A stretch of DNA of 60,848 nt, from positions 1-60,848 of the forward strand of contig JACRQA010000178.1 in assembly GCA_016222915.1 (NCBI GenBank). Direction: 5' to 3'. Position 1 is the first letter of the stretch; every line of letters starts with the position of its first letter. The notes beneath the pieces are model-generated. The model searched no databases, was not told the origin of the DNA, and saw nothing but the letters and a program-made list of their open reading frames with translations. Both the position numbers and the translations under genes were made by a program. Below, one piece after another: positions 37,808 through 48,025 of this stretch. Source of the stretch: Nitrospirota bacterium (GTDB lineage Bacteria; Nitrospirota; Thermodesulfovibrionia; UBA6902).

Positions 37808-40315
37808 TCATTGACCTTCAGCAATGTCACTCTCTATCGCTTCGAGGTTTTTCTTTACAGTTTTTGTACTTGGGTGATCCGGGCCGAGTTTATTCAAAAA
37901 GGTTTCATAACTCTTCAGTGCAAGGTCTTTAGCTTCCTGCAGCTCTCCCAAATCCTGTAGCACCAGAGCCAGATTGGATTGCCTTCTGGCAATAGAGGGA
38001 TGGGCGGGCTCAAAGTTTTTTTCATTAGCAGCGAGCGCCTTGCGCAGAAGGTCTTTTGCTTCCTGCAGCTCTGCCAAATCCTGTAGCACCAGAGCCAGAT
38101 TGGATTGCCTTATGGCAATAGAGGGATGCCCTGCCTCATAGCTTTTTTCATCAGAGACCAGGGCCTTGCGCAGAAGGTCCTTAGCTTCCTGCAACTCTCC
38201 CATATCCTTCAGCACCATAGCCAGATTGGATTGCCTTATGGCAATAGAGGGATGCCCCGGCTTATAGCTCTTTTCATCAGAGGCGAGGGCCTTACGCAGA
38301 AGGTCTTTAGCTTTCTGCGACTCTCCCAAAACCCATAGCACCGTAGCTAGATTGGATTGATATGTAGCAATAAAGGGATGGCCCGCCTCATAGTTCTTTT
38401 CAGCAGAGGCGAGGGCCTTGCGCAGAAGGTTCCTGGCTTCCTGCAGCTCTCCCAAATCCTGTAGCACCGTAGCCAGATTGGATTGACATATGGCAATAGA
38501 GGGATGCCCTGGTTCAAAGCCCTTTTCAGCATTAAAAAGCGATTGCCTGCCGTATTGTTCCGCGAGCCTGTACCTTCCCCATTTTCGATTGTGCCATCTA
38601 AGATAGTTTGATAAATTCATCGCCTGTTCCGCATTTATGAATTCAGACGCTAACAATGCATCTGCATGTGGAATTATTTTTTCCAATTCAAAATATGCCG
38701 ACGAGTCTTTATCATGTTGAACACGCCCCATTTCATCTACAACCGCATCCGCCACCTTGCCGAATAAGCCGCTGTCTTTCTCAATGGTGCTCCTGACAAA
38801 CCCTGATATGAGCCTGTGCAGCCACGGCTCGTTTTCTTCATTTAGGTTAATCATAGAGAGCTTTTTATCAAGTTCTCCAATGGCGTCTGAAAGAGGATCG
38901 TTAAAGATATCTCCGGCAGGCAGGGCCAGTACCTTTTTGAGCAGCTTTCTTGGGACTGAAACCGGCGCAAGCAACGACATGGCTTGCAGTACTGCCTTTG
39001 CAGTGTCCGAGGCAATGTCCCAGCTCATCCTGAAGGTCGCGGCCACCTCCTTTGTATGCCCGTCAGGGAGCTCGTTTGCATAGTTTTTTGCAAAGGCGTC
39101 AAGGGCCTTCATCGTCCCGGTCTTTTTTATCTCACCCACAAGTCTGCCGATGGTCAAGTCTGTCCTGATATTCAGGTAATTCCTCGCAAGCTCAAGCGCA
39201 AGCGGAAGCCCGCCGAGGAGTTCCACGAGGGCCTTCGCATTTTGACCGAATTTCCTGTCACCGGAGTCAAGCAGGCCGATGCCTTCCTGCGGAGTCATGA
39301 AATTAAGATTGATATGGGCACAAGTGAGATCGCGGCGTCTTGTGGTAACGAGCACATAGATGTTTTTTTGAGGCGGCAGCCAAGGTTGGAGTGCTTCAGC
39401 TTCAGGGAAATTATCAAGGACTACAAGCACGCGCTGAGAAGAGCTGAGCATTCTCCACAGCTCATGCAACTGCTCATCTTCCTTAAGCGTCCCTTCTATT
39501 TTGAATTTCGCCCCTTCGAGGACCTGGCTGATCAAAGTGGAGATGCCCCGGTCCGCATCAATCCAGAAGACGCCTCCCGGATAGTTAAGCCCGAAGCGGT
39601 GAACGTATTCTACGGCAAGCTGGGTCTTGCCCAGCCCCCCTGTCCCCATGACAGCGCCGACGCCTTCCACTGCCGCGGTCTTGCTCTCGCGCAATATATC
39701 ATGTATCTGCCACAGATCACTGACTCTTCCGACAAAACCATTGCCTAATGAACGATAAGGCATCCTGTGTCTTTCAGGAAGACGGCAGACAGGCGGCAGC
39801 TTTGCACGGTCCGCATGGGTTAGCGGCACAGGTGACATTGACTTAGGCAATGTTTCGACCCCCGGCATGCTCATGAGCCCGGCGACTTCTTTTGCCAGCT
39901 CAGATAAATCTGAATCGATTTGATGCTCATTCCCGCCTGAAAGCGGCCGACCATCCTTCGGCCTCGCCTGTATCTTCTTAAGCCAATCAACCTGGTTCCA
40001 CACGCATGGTTTAATAACCAATGGGATTACGCGTAGACCCTTTTCCTCCCTGTGCTTGAGAAGCCTCGGTATCTCTTCTTTAAGGATAAAATTTGAATTG
40101 AGAAAATCGGCTGAGATAAGAAGAATGGCTGCTGAACAGGCACCAATGGCCTTTTCAATCTCCGGGAACCAGTCGTCGCCACTGGCTATCCGGCGGTCGT
40201 CCCACACGCTTACGAGATTTTGCTTTGCAAGGACTCCAAGGTGAACTACCACCCTGTCCTTCCAAGCCTCATCCTTGTGGCTATAACTGATAAAGACTGT
40301 AGGGTTATCCGGCAT
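37808..40315 (-). CDS. TIR - NB-ARC (STAND NTPase) - TPR repeat protein
   Basis: TIR: VFISYSHKDEAWKDRV...ILLISADFLNSNFILKEE. NB-ARC: P-loop GTGGLGKTQLA, Walker B VLVVLDNF, LVTTRR and GGLPLALELA. Five or more 42-aa TPR units follow. The start is placed at MPDNPT (SD AGGAGGGGG). Confidence 0.9.
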   Translation of the reverse strand: MPDNPTVFISYSHKDEAWKDRVVVHLGVLAKQNLVSVWDDRRIASGDDWFPEIEKAIGACSAAILLISADFLNSNFILKEEIPRLLKHREEKGLRVIPLVIKPCVWNQVDWLKKIQARPKDGRPLSGGNEHQIDSDLSELAKEVAGLMSMPGVETLPKSMSPVPLTHADRAKLPPVCRLPERHRMPYRSLGNGFVGRVSDLWQIHDILRESKTAAVEGVGAVMGTGGLGKTQLAVEYVHRFGLNYPGGVFWIDADRGISTLISQVLEGAKFKIEGTLKEDEQLHELWRMLSSSQRVLVVLDNFPEAEALQPWLPPQKNIYVLVTTRRRDLTCAHINLNFMTPQEGIGLLDSGDRKFGQNAKALVELLGGLPLALELARNYLNIRTDLTIGRLVGEIKKTGTMKALDAFAKNYANELPDGHTKEVAATFRMSWDIASDTAKAVLQAMSLLAPVSVPRKLLKKVLALPAGDIFNDPLSDAIGELDKKLSMINLNEENEPWLHRLISGFVRSTIEKDSGLFGKVADAVVDEMGRVQHDKDSSAYFELEKIIPHADALLASEFINAEQAMNLSNYLRWHNRKWGRYRLAEQYGRQSLFNAEKGFEPGHPSIAICQSNLATVLQDLGELQEARNLLRKALASAEKNYEAGHPFIATYQSNLATVLWVLGESQKAKDLLRKALASDEKSYKPGHPSIAIRQSNLAMVLKDMGELQEAKDLLRKALVSDEKSYEAGHPSIAIRQSNLALVLQDLAELQEAKDLLRKALAANEKNFEPAHPSIARRQSNLALVLQDLGELQEAKDLALKSYETFLNKLGPDHPSTKTVKKNLEAIESDIAEGQ
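37915..38544. repeat. five tandem 126-bp repeats encoding the TPR array
   Basis: The landmark tgcgcagaag recurs, with small substitutions in some units, at about 37915, 38041, 38167, 38293 and 38419 (exact 126-nt period). The units are highly similar at DNA level. Confidence 0.85.
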
Positions 40316-40362
40316 GCCCCCTCCTGATTGTTTATCCGGTGAGACAGACAAAAGCCTCATGA

Positions 40363-40391
40363 ATATTACTATCAACAGGCTTTTAAATCAA
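40363..40391 (-). promoter_or_regulatory. sigma70-like promoter upstream of the TIR-NB-ARC-TPR gene
   Basis: On the minus strand, TTGATT-17 nt-TAATAT, about 48 nt upstream of the ATG at 40315. Confidence 0.4.
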
Positions 40392-40480
40392 GATTAAAAT
40401 TATTTGCCTTTGTCATTTGCGCCGCTGCCTTTTTGGCTGTATGCTTGTAGTTAATAGCAGTCAACCGAATAGAGGTGAAT

Positions 40481-41257
40481 ATGGAAAGCTCAAACGGTCC
40501 TAAACATAGAAGGACAACCTTGCTCTATATGCTTGCGCTGACCGGACTTGCACTCGCCGTCATCTTTGCATCGGCAGCCTTATTCTCCGGATTAGGGACG
40601 AGATGGAATATCTGGCATTTCAGGACCGGTCTTAGTGTGCTGCGCTACGCGGCTTATGGTGAGGCTGCTGTAGTTTTGATTTCACTGAGTGTATGTGTCA
40701 TTGCAGCATATAAACGGGTATGGAATGTCTTTGCTGTTTCGCTGACAGGTTTATTAATAGGGGCTGCGGTCTTTAGTGTGCCTTTTAACTGGGGAAGAAC
40801 AGCCAAAAGCGTACCACCCATTCATGACATTACAACAGACACGGAGGACCCTCCGCAATTTTCTGCTGTCCTGGCTCTTCGGAAAGATGCGCTGAATCCC
40901 GCCGAATATGGGGGGCAGGAGATCAGCGTCCTGCAGCGCGCTGCTTATCCTGACATAAGACCCGTGTTGCTTGATGTTCCGACTGAGCAGGTATTTGAAC
41001 TGTCCCTGAAGACCGCCCGCAAGATGGGATGGGACATTGTAAATGCGGACAAGGACAAAGGGCTGATAGAGGCAACGGACACGACCTTCTGGTTCGGGTT
41101 CAAAGATGATATCGTCATACGTATCAGCCAAGAAATCAGGGGCAGCAGGATCGACCTGCGTTCTGTATCTAGGGCGGGCAAGAGCGATGTGGGGACCAAT
41201 GCGCGGAGGATAAGAAATTTTGTGAAGGAGCTTGAGAAAGAGGCTGTGAAACCTTGA
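40481..41257 (+). CDS. DUF1499-like membrane protein
   Basis: Three N-terminal TM helices, then PPIHDITTDTEDPPQF and a C-terminal RSVSRAGKSDVGTNARRIR motif typical of DUF1499 proteins. Confidence 0.65.
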   Translation: MESSNGPKHRRTTLLYMLALTGLALAVIFASAALFSGLGTRWNIWHFRTGLSVLRYAAYGEAAVVLISLSVCVIAAYKRVWNVFAVSLTGLLIGAAVFSVPFNWGRTAKSVPPIHDITTDTEDPPQFSAVLALRKDALNPAEYGGQEISVLQRAAYPDIRPVLLDVPTEQVFELSLKTARKMGWDIVNADKDKGLIEATDTTFWFGFKDDIVIRISQEIRGSRIDLRSVSRAGKSDVGTNARRIRNFVKELEKEAVKP

Positions 41258-41313
41258 CCCGGTGCCCCATTCATCGCTGCCAAGTGAATGCTTTCATTCA
41301 GGAAGGAGTTGCT

Positions 41314-42342
41314 ATGAGAAAACAGGGAGCACCGGAATGTATTATCGTTGCCGCGCTCGTCTGCAGCTTTATCTTTGTATCGGGAAGTGAGAAGGCCTGG
41401 ACCCAGGGTCCTGTGAAGGACATGCGCGGTCAGACCTTTACTGATCCGTCAAAAACATTCCCCATGCCCGATGACTGGATAAAGCAGCCCATTAAGTACG
41501 ATAAGGAGAATGAGGGCGCTGATGTCGTCATAATGATGGACCAGGATATTTACCACACGCTTTTACCGTCCGTTCAGCAATTCGCAAAAGAAAAAAATCT
41601 GAAGATCATTATGATTGAGGGGACGTGCGGTATTGCTGCAGGGATGCTTGCGAAAAAGACGGCGGACATGGGAGGTTTCTGCTGCCCCGCTGGGGCGGAG
41701 GACAGGCTGCCGGGGCTCAGGTTCCATACCATCGGGATTGTGGCCAAGGCGTTTTTCGTCAATCCGGACAATCCGGTTGATAATATCTCCGAGACCCAGC
41801 TGCGTGACATATATCTCGGAAAGTTAAATCGCTGGTCGGAGCTGAAGACACAGGAAGGACAAAAGGGTCCGGACCGTGCGATAAAGCCCATCGGAAGGCT
41901 CCATTGCCCTTTAAGGCCCGGACACTGGAGGTTGCTGCTGGATGATAAGACAAAATTCGGGCCTGGCGTTTCAGAAGTAGGTTCGATTCCTGACATGATC
42001 GCGCAGGTTGCCTCAATTAAAGACGCGATCGGGTGGGAAGTGATGACCATGGCTGAGAGAAACAGGAAGTTAGGCACGGTCAAGCCGCTGAAGGTCAACG
42101 GTTACCGGCCTAACGATTCCGGCGCGCTTGCATTGCTGAAGTATCCATTCTACCGGACTTACCAGGTAACGACATGGGAGGGGAAGGGTGTGGAAAACCA
42201 AAATGCCGCACAATTAGTGCAATATCTGATCAAAGAGTTCGAGAAGCTTGATCCTGATAAATACGGCTTTGTGTCGCAGGGCCGGCTCAGGAAGGCAGGG
42301 TGGCGGTTCAGCGGGGATGAATTGACCGGGGAACCGAAATAA
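41314..42342 (+). CDS. periplasmic PstS-like (PBP-like 2) substrate-binding protein
   Basis: Signal peptide, then the type-2 PBP pattern ending LLKYPFYRTYQVTTW. ATG at 41314 has SD AGGAAGGAG. Confidence 0.65.
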   Translation: MRKQGAPECIIVAALVCSFIFVSGSEKAWTQGPVKDMRGQTFTDPSKTFPMPDDWIKQPIKYDKENEGADVVIMMDQDIYHTLLPSVQQFAKEKNLKIIMIEGTCGIAAGMLAKKTADMGGFCCPAGAEDRLPGLRFHTIGIVAKAFFVNPDNPVDNISETQLRDIYLGKLNRWSELKTQEGQKGPDRAIKPIGRLHCPLRPGHWRLLLDDKTKFGPGVSEVGSIPDMIAQVASIKDAIGWEVMTMAERNRKLGTVKPLKVNGYRPNDSGALALLKYPFYRTYQVTTWEGKGVENQNAAQLVQYLIKEFEKLDPDKYGFVSQGRLRKAGWRFSGDELTGEPK

Positions 42343-42348
42343 GGCCGT

Positions 42349-44595
42349 ATGAAAATGGACTCCCGTATCGACAGGATACTTTCCCGAGTCCCTCTTACAC
42401 CAAAGCTGCTGATTATTACTTTATTTGTATGGGGGCTGGTATGGGGCATTCTTGAATATTTACAGTCGAACCAACTTAAAAAAATAACTGATATTCAACT
42501 GACTCACCTGCTTGAGCAGCAGGCAAGGGAGAACAGAATACGTTTCGACAACTATGTAATGGCATACCATGACATGGCGGTGTTGATCGTATCGCAAAAG
42601 GCCTTTGTTGATCACGTCAGAGGGTACGCGGGATTTTCAGATGGGACCAAAGGCATTAAATACCATACCGAAATTCCTGCATGGCTTCCTGATGCATCGG
42701 TGATGCGGCATTTTGTCAGAATCCATAATGCCGTCCTGATAGACGGGATGGGCAGGGTCAGAGAGGTTTATCAGGGAACGTCCGGGATCGTCCCGCGGTC
42801 TCTTCTTCCTCCATCGGCCCTCCTTTTGAAGATGAGCAGGGGACAGAGCATGCTGACTGTTGTTGATGGCGTCCCTTATCTGATCGTCTCGGATGCCGTT
42901 AAAGACCCGAATCGGGGTGATACGCTTGCGCTGGCGCTTATCTCCCCTGTCGACGATGATTTCCTCTCTGCTTCACAGGGTGTCATATCCGGCAGGGGTA
43001 TTATCGCGCTGGTGGAAACAGCGCGTCAGCAGGTCGTTGCCAGCAATGCCCCTGATCTGATACCGGCGGGCACACAGCTTGATTTATTGGCAGACCGTTA
43101 TTTGATTACTTCCAAGGCGTTCTTTGATTGGGGCGGGTCAGAAATGCTTATGCAGTTTACTGCTTTGGTATCGAAGGATGAGCTGGCGGAGATGGGCAGG
43201 GCCATGCTTGTCGAGGGAAGGGTCCAGCGCTCCTTCATATCGCTTGCGCTTCTAATGTCATTTGCAATGATAATGTTTTGGATCACCGGGAAAATTCACC
43301 TGCTGACCGAGAATATCGGCGACTTCTCACATAATATTTTGAACATGCGCCTGCCGGAAATCAGCACGGGAAGAGACCAGCTCCGCATCCTTGAGGAGCG
43401 CTTTGCCATGTTTAAGGATGAAATTATAGGGTCGCGCGAAAAGCTGAAGAGACAGGCAGAAGAACTGCTGAGGGAAAAGACCGTGTATCTTGACACCCTC
43501 CTGCATTCCTCATCTATGGCGGTCGTAGCTACCGACCTTGATTTGAAGATCAAGTATTTCAACCCGACGGCGGAAACGCTTTTCAGTATCAGTGCAGAAA
43601 CCGCTATAGGGAAGACCGTCTCAGAAACGAAGCTTGATGAAAGGCTGGATATACCCTGTTTTGAAAAGATAATCAATGATTCCGATGGTGATGAAGAATG
43701 TATTTCCACCACAATTAACAAGACTGCAAAGGGAGAGCAAATCCTCGAATCAAAAGTCTCAATTGTAAAGGACGCGGAGGGAAATATAAGCGGGTTGCTT
43801 ATGATTACTCAGGACATAACGGAACGTAAGAAGGCGGAGGAGCAGAGATTGGAGCTTGAGCGGCAGCTTCTGCACTCTCAGAAACTGGAGAGTATCGGGG
43901 TGCTGGCAGGGGGGGTCGCCCATGACTTTAACAACCTGCTTATGGCGGTCCTCGGCAATCTCCACCTGGCCCTGATGAAGCTATCACCCGGTACCCCGGT
44001 CCGGACCCTGATCGAGCAGGCCATTCAGGCGTCAAATCGCACGGCCGACCTTACGCGCCAAATGCTGGCATATTCCGGTAAGGGGATGTTTATTATCGAG
44101 AAGCTGGATATAAACGAAATGGTAAAAGAGAATGCATCTCTGTTAAATTCCACCGTGGCCAAGACGGCGATGCTGGGTATTGACCTCCAGCCTGATATAT
44201 CAAGGATAGAAGCAGATTCAGGACAGATTCAGCAGGTAATTATGCACCTGCTTATCAATGCATCTGAAGCCATCGGCGAAAATACCGGGGTGATTATGTT
44301 ATCAACCGGAGAGATGGAATGTGATGAGACTTATTTAAGAGGAAGCAGGACCGATGAGGTCCCAAAAGCCGGACGCTTTGTCTATCTGGAGGTGTCGGAC
44401 ACGGGCAGCGGAATGGATGTGGAGACACAACAGCACATGTTCGATCCGTTTTATTCGACAAAATTCACCGGACGTGGATTGGGGATGTCGGCGGTTTTCG
44501 GCATTGTTCGCAGTCACCGGGGCGCAATTATGGTTGACAGCGTTATGGGACGGGGCACCACAATACGGGTCCTGTTTCCTGCAGAAGCCTTATGA
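42349..44595 (+). CDS. membrane sensor histidine kinase (periplasmic domain, PAS, HisKA, HATPase)
   Basis: H-box GGVAHDFNNLL, N-box HLLINASEA, G-boxes DTGSGM and GRGLGMS. PAS region is AVVATDLDLKIKYFNPTAE. Confidence 0.88.
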   Translation: MKMDSRIDRILSRVPLTPKLLIITLFVWGLVWGILEYLQSNQLKKITDIQLTHLLEQQARENRIRFDNYVMAYHDMAVLIVSQKAFVDHVRGYAGFSDGTKGIKYHTEIPAWLPDASVMRHFVRIHNAVLIDGMGRVREVYQGTSGIVPRSLLPPSALLLKMSRGQSMLTVVDGVPYLIVSDAVKDPNRGDTLALALISPVDDDFLSASQGVISGRGIIALVETARQQVVASNAPDLIPAGTQLDLLADRYLITSKAFFDWGGSEMLMQFTALVSKDELAEMGRAMLVEGRVQRSFISLALLMSFAMIMFWITGKIHLLTENIGDFSHNILNMRLPEISTGRDQLRILEERFAMFKDEIIGSREKLKRQAEELLREKTVYLDTLLHSSSMAVVATDLDLKIKYFNPTAETLFSISAETAIGKTVSETKLDERLDIPCFEKIINDSDGDEECISTTINKTAKGEQILESKVSIVKDAEGNISGLLMITQDITERKKAEEQRLELERQLLHSQKLESIGVLAGGVAHDFNNLLMAVLGNLHLALMKLSPGTPVRTLIEQAIQASNRTADLTRQMLAYSGKGMFIIEKLDINEMVKENASLLNSTVAKTAMLGIDLQPDISRIEADSGQIQQVIMHLLINASEAIGENTGVIMLSTGEMECDETYLRGSRTDEVPKAGRFVYLEVSDTGSGMDVETQQHMFDPFYSTKFTGRGLGMSAVFGIVRSHRGAIMVDSVMGRGTTIRVLFPAEAL

Positions 44596-44695
44596 TATGG
44601 AAAAATTGGGAAGGACTTTGGAAAAGGTCTTGTAGAAATAATCGGGTAAGAATAACGGACAAGTGCCGTTAGCCCAAACGGACGGCTGTCACGAG

Positions 44696-46156
44696 TCATC
44701 TCCTCCTTCCGCTGCCGAACAGCGAACCGAGCACCCCTCTGATTATCTGCCTTCCGACCTGGCTTCCTATCGCATGGGCCGCGCTCTTTGCGAGTGCTCC
44801 GAAAAGCTCTTCCGGTTGCGATTTAGGTCCAGCCTTCCTGCCTCTTGCAGAAGGTGTCTCCGGTTGCTCCTCGACCTTTTGCGCCACTTTTGCCTTCAAG
44901 TGTTCATAGGCTGACTCACGGTCTGTGACCTGTTCATAGTGGCCATATAGGACTGAGCCTCGGACAATCTGATTCCGTTCTTCAGGTGCTAGCGGAGTGA
45001 TACGACTTGAAGGGGGACAGATGAGCGCCCTCTCCACAATTGTCGGCGTGCCTTTTTCATCCAGGACGGAAACGAGGGCCTCGCCTACGCCCAGTTCCGT
45101 GATGGCCTTTGCAGTATCGAGCTTCGGGTTTGTCCGGAAGGTCTCCGCCGCTGATTTCACCGCCTTCTGGTCTTTTGGCGTAAAGGCCCTCAGCGCATGC
45201 TGTACCCTGTTGCCCAGTTGTCCGAGTACGGAGTCAGGAAGGTCCAACGGATTCTGTGTAATGAAATATATGCCTACGCCTTTTGAGCGGATAAGGCGGA
45301 CAACCTGTTCTATCTTGTCCACAAGCGCCTTCGGCGCATCGTCAAAGAGGAGATGTGCCTCATCAAAGAAGAAAACCAGCTTAGGTTTTTCGGGGTCTCC
45401 GGCCTCAGGGAGTTCTTCAAACAGCTCCGACATCATCCAGAGCAGGAAGGTCGAATAGAGCTTCGGGGACTGCATCAATTTATCGGCTGTAATAATATTA
45501 ATGACGCCTTTGCCCCTTGCATCGGTCTGCATTAGGTCCTCAAGATTCAGCGCAGGCTCTCCAAAGAACCTGTCTCCGCCCTGTTCTTCAATTGTAAGGA
45601 GACCGCGTTGGATAGCTCCTATACTCGCTGCGGAGATATTTCCATACTGTGTTTTGAATTGAGTTGAATTGTCTCCGACAAACTGTGCCATTGAGCGCAG
45701 GTCCTTAAGGTCCAGAAGCAGCAGTCCGTTCTCGTCGGCTATTTTAAAAATGATAGAGAGGACGCCGCTCTGCACTTCATTGAGATTTAATAGACGGCTT
45801 AAGAGAAGAGGCCCCATCTCAGAGATAGTGGTGCGTACGGGATGGCCCTGTTCACCGAAGACGTCCCAGAAGACAACAGGACATCCTTCAAAATGGAAAT
45901 CCCGAAATTGCAGCATCTGCACCCTCTCACTGATTTTGGGGTGTTCACTTCCGGGCAAGGCCATGCCTGAAAGGTCGCCTTTGACGTCTGCCATGAAAAC
46001 AGGCACGCCGATATTACTGAACTGTTCGGCAAGCACGCGGAGTGTGATGGTTTTGCCTGTCCCTGTAGCGCCGGCGATAAGCCCATGCCGGTTTGCCATT
46101 TTGGGAAGCAGAAATATCTCTTGTTCACCTTTTGCGATATATAACGGTTGGAGCAT
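44696..46156 (-). CDS. HerA-like / DUF853 (YjgR-type) P-loop ATPase
   Basis: Walker A GATGTGKT, Walker [11 protein letters not shown] and a glycine/arginine-rich C-terminal tail. Confidence 0.8.
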   Translation of the reverse strand: MLQPLYIAKGEQEIFLLPKMANRHGLIAGATGTGKTITLRVLAEQFSNIGVPVFMADVKGDLSGMALPGSEHPKISERVQMLQFRDFHFEGCPVVFWDVFGEQGHPVRTTISEMGPLLLSRLLNLNEVQSGVLSIIFKIADENGLLLLDLKDLRSMAQFVGDNSTQFKTQYGNISAASIGAIQRGLLTIEEQGGDRFFGEPALNLEDLMQTDARGKGVINIITADKLMQSPKLYSTFLLWMMSELFEELPEAGDPEKPKLVFFFDEAHLLFDDAPKALVDKIEQVVRLIRSKGVGIYFITQNPLDLPDSVLGQLGNRVQHALRAFTPKDQKAVKSAAETFRTNPKLDTAKAITELGVGEALVSVLDEKGTPTIVERALICPPSSRITPLAPEERNQIVRGSVLYGHYEQVTDRESAYEHLKAKVAQKVEEQPETPSARGRKAGPKSQPEELFGALAKSAAHAIGSQVGRQIIRGVLGSLFGSGRRR

Positions 46157-46227
46157 TATTACCTCCTAATAAATGTGCGTAAGGTACGATTAGAATAAAA
46201 GCAAATCCCTGTCATGTCAAGGCGCAG

Positions 46228-46257
46228 AGTAGGGGCATGGCGCGCCATGCCCCTACT
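46228..46257. repeat. perfect 30-nt palindrome AGTAGGGGCATGGCGCGCCATGCCCCTACT
   Basis: Verified self-complementary by hand. Lies in the divergent spacer upstream of glnS. Confidence 0.85.
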
Positions 46258-46330
46258 AACCTCTTTAATGTGGTAAAATAATCCCTTGAAAAAGGATGTG
46301 ATCTCATATTTAAGGTAAAGGGGTTAATGA

Positions 46331-48016
46331 ATGACTGCACCTGAATCCGCTCCTTCAAATTTTATCAAAGACATTATCACCGAAGATAACAAGACAGGCA
46401 AATACAGAGGACGCGTCCACACCCGGTTTCCGCCGGAGCCGAACGGTTACCTGCATATCGGCCATGCGAAATCCATCTGTCTTAATTTCGGCATTGCTGC
46501 GGAGTTCAAAGGTCTGTGTAATCTCCGCATGGACGACACCAACCCGACGAAAGAGGAAGTGGAGTACGTAGAATCGATCAAGCAGGATGTTCGCTGGGTC
46601 GGGTTTGACTGGCAGGAGAGGATGTATTATGCGTCAAATTACTTTGAGAGATTTTATGAATGCGCGGTGGACCTTATTAAAAAGGGCAGGGCATATGTCT
46701 GTGATCTTAGCCCTGATGAGATGAGACAATACCGGGGCACATTGACCGAGCCCGGAAAGGAAAGCCCTTATCGCGGCCGTTCAGTTGAAGAAAACCTCGA
46801 TCTGTTTGAGCGCATGCGCAAGGGTGAATTCCCAGACGGCTCACGCACATTGCGCGCGAAGATCGATATGACTTCCGGAAATATCAACATGCGCGACCCT
46901 GTCATATACCGGATTCTTCACTCTGAGCATCACATGACCGGGGACAAGTGGTGTATCTATCCGATGTACGACTATGCGCATTGTATCTCGGATTCAATCG
47001 AAGGGATAACTCACTCGATCTGCACTCTTGAATTTGAAGACCACCGGCCGTTGTATGACTGGTTTCTCGATGAGCTTGGGATGTATCACCCGCAGCAGAT
47101 TGAATTTGCCCGCCTCAATCTCACTTACACGGTGATGAGCAAAAGGAAATTCATCCAGCTTGTCGAAGGCGGATACGTAAGGGGCTGGGATGATCCGCGC
47201 ATGCCGACTATTTCAGGTCTTCGCAGGAGGGGATACACACCTGAGTCAATCCGTAATTTTTGTGACCGGATAGGTGTTGCAAAGGCGGCCAGCACCGTTG
47301 ATATGGCCCTGCTTGAATACTGCATCCGCGAAGATTTAAACAGGCGCGCGCCGCGAATGATGGCTGTGCTGCGGCCGTTGAAAATAATCATAACAAATTA
47401 CCCTGAAGACAAGGTTGATGAGCTTGACGCCATCAATAACCCGGAAGACCCTTCAGCCGGGACACGCAAGGTCCCGTTTTCACGCGAGCTTTACATCGAA
47501 CAGGAAGACTTCATGGAGGACCCTCCGAAGAAGTTTTTTCGTCTCGCACCCGGACGTGAGGTGCGGCTGCGGTATGCTTATTTCATTAAATGCGTTGACG
47601 TCGTGAAAGACGGCGCTGGGAATATAACCGAATTGCATTGCACATACGATCCCGCAACAAGAGGCGGAGACGCCCCTGACGGCAGGAAGGTCAAGGCAAC
47701 GCTGCACTGGGTCTCGGCTGAACATTCTCTTGCAGCCGAAGTGCGTTTGTATGATTACCTGTTTGCTCAGCCGAATCCTGAAGAAGGCACGGGAGACAAG
47801 GATTTCATATCCAAGCTTAACCCTAAATCTCTGGAGGTCCTGCAGGATTGCCGGGTAGAGCCGGGACTGTCTGGCGCATCTCCTGGGAATAAATACCAGT
47901 TTGAGAGGCTCGGTTATTTCTGTGTCGACCAGGATTCTTCACCGGAGAAGCTGATATTCAACCGCACCGTCACTTTAAAGGACACATGGGTGAAGATACA
48001 GAATGCGAACAAGTAA
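46331..48016 (+). CDS. glnS: glutamine--tRNA ligase
   Basis: [17 protein letters not shown] (HIGH) and TVMSKRK (KMSKS). 561 aa. Confidence 0.95.
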   Translation: MTAPESAPSNFIKDIITEDNKTGKYRGRVHTRFPPEPNGYLHIGHAKSICLNFGIAAEFKGLCNLRMDDTNPTKEEVEYVESIKQDVRWVGFDWQERMYYASNYFERFYECAVDLIKKGRAYVCDLSPDEMRQYRGTLTEPGKESPYRGRSVEENLDLFERMRKGEFPDGSRTLRAKIDMTSGNINMRDPVIYRILHSEHHMTGDKWCIYPMYDYAHCISDSIEGITHSICTLEFEDHRPLYDWFLDELGMYHPQQIEFARLNLTYTVMSKRKFIQLVEGGYVRGWDDPRMPTISGLRRRGYTPESIRNFCDRIGVAKAASTVDMALLEYCIREDLNRRAPRMMAVLRPLKIIITNYPEDKVDELDAINNPEDPSAGTRKVPFSRELYIEQEDFMEDPPKKFFRLAPGREVRLRYAYFIKCVDVVKDGAGNITELHCTYDPATRGGDAPDGRKVKATLHWVSAEHSLAAEVRLYDYLFAQPNPEEGTGDKDFISKLNPKSLEVLQDCRVEPGLSGASPGNKYQFERLGYFCVDQDSSPEKLIFNRTVTLKDTWVKIQNANK

Positions 48017-48025
48017 AATATTGTC

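Noticed and set aside
38984-39748. 254-aa plus-strand ORF, and several 60-110 aa ORFs, inside the TIR-NB-ARC-TPR gene.
   Set aside because: They are antisense shadow ORFs of a gene with clear domain motifs. They have no SD and low-complexity Arg/Pro/Ser-rich translations.
44997-46169. Plus-strand ORFs of 153, 60 and 166 aa overlapping the HerA-like ATPase gene.
   Set aside because: They are antisense to a well-supported CDS (Walker A/B motifs). Their composition is typical of shadow frames.
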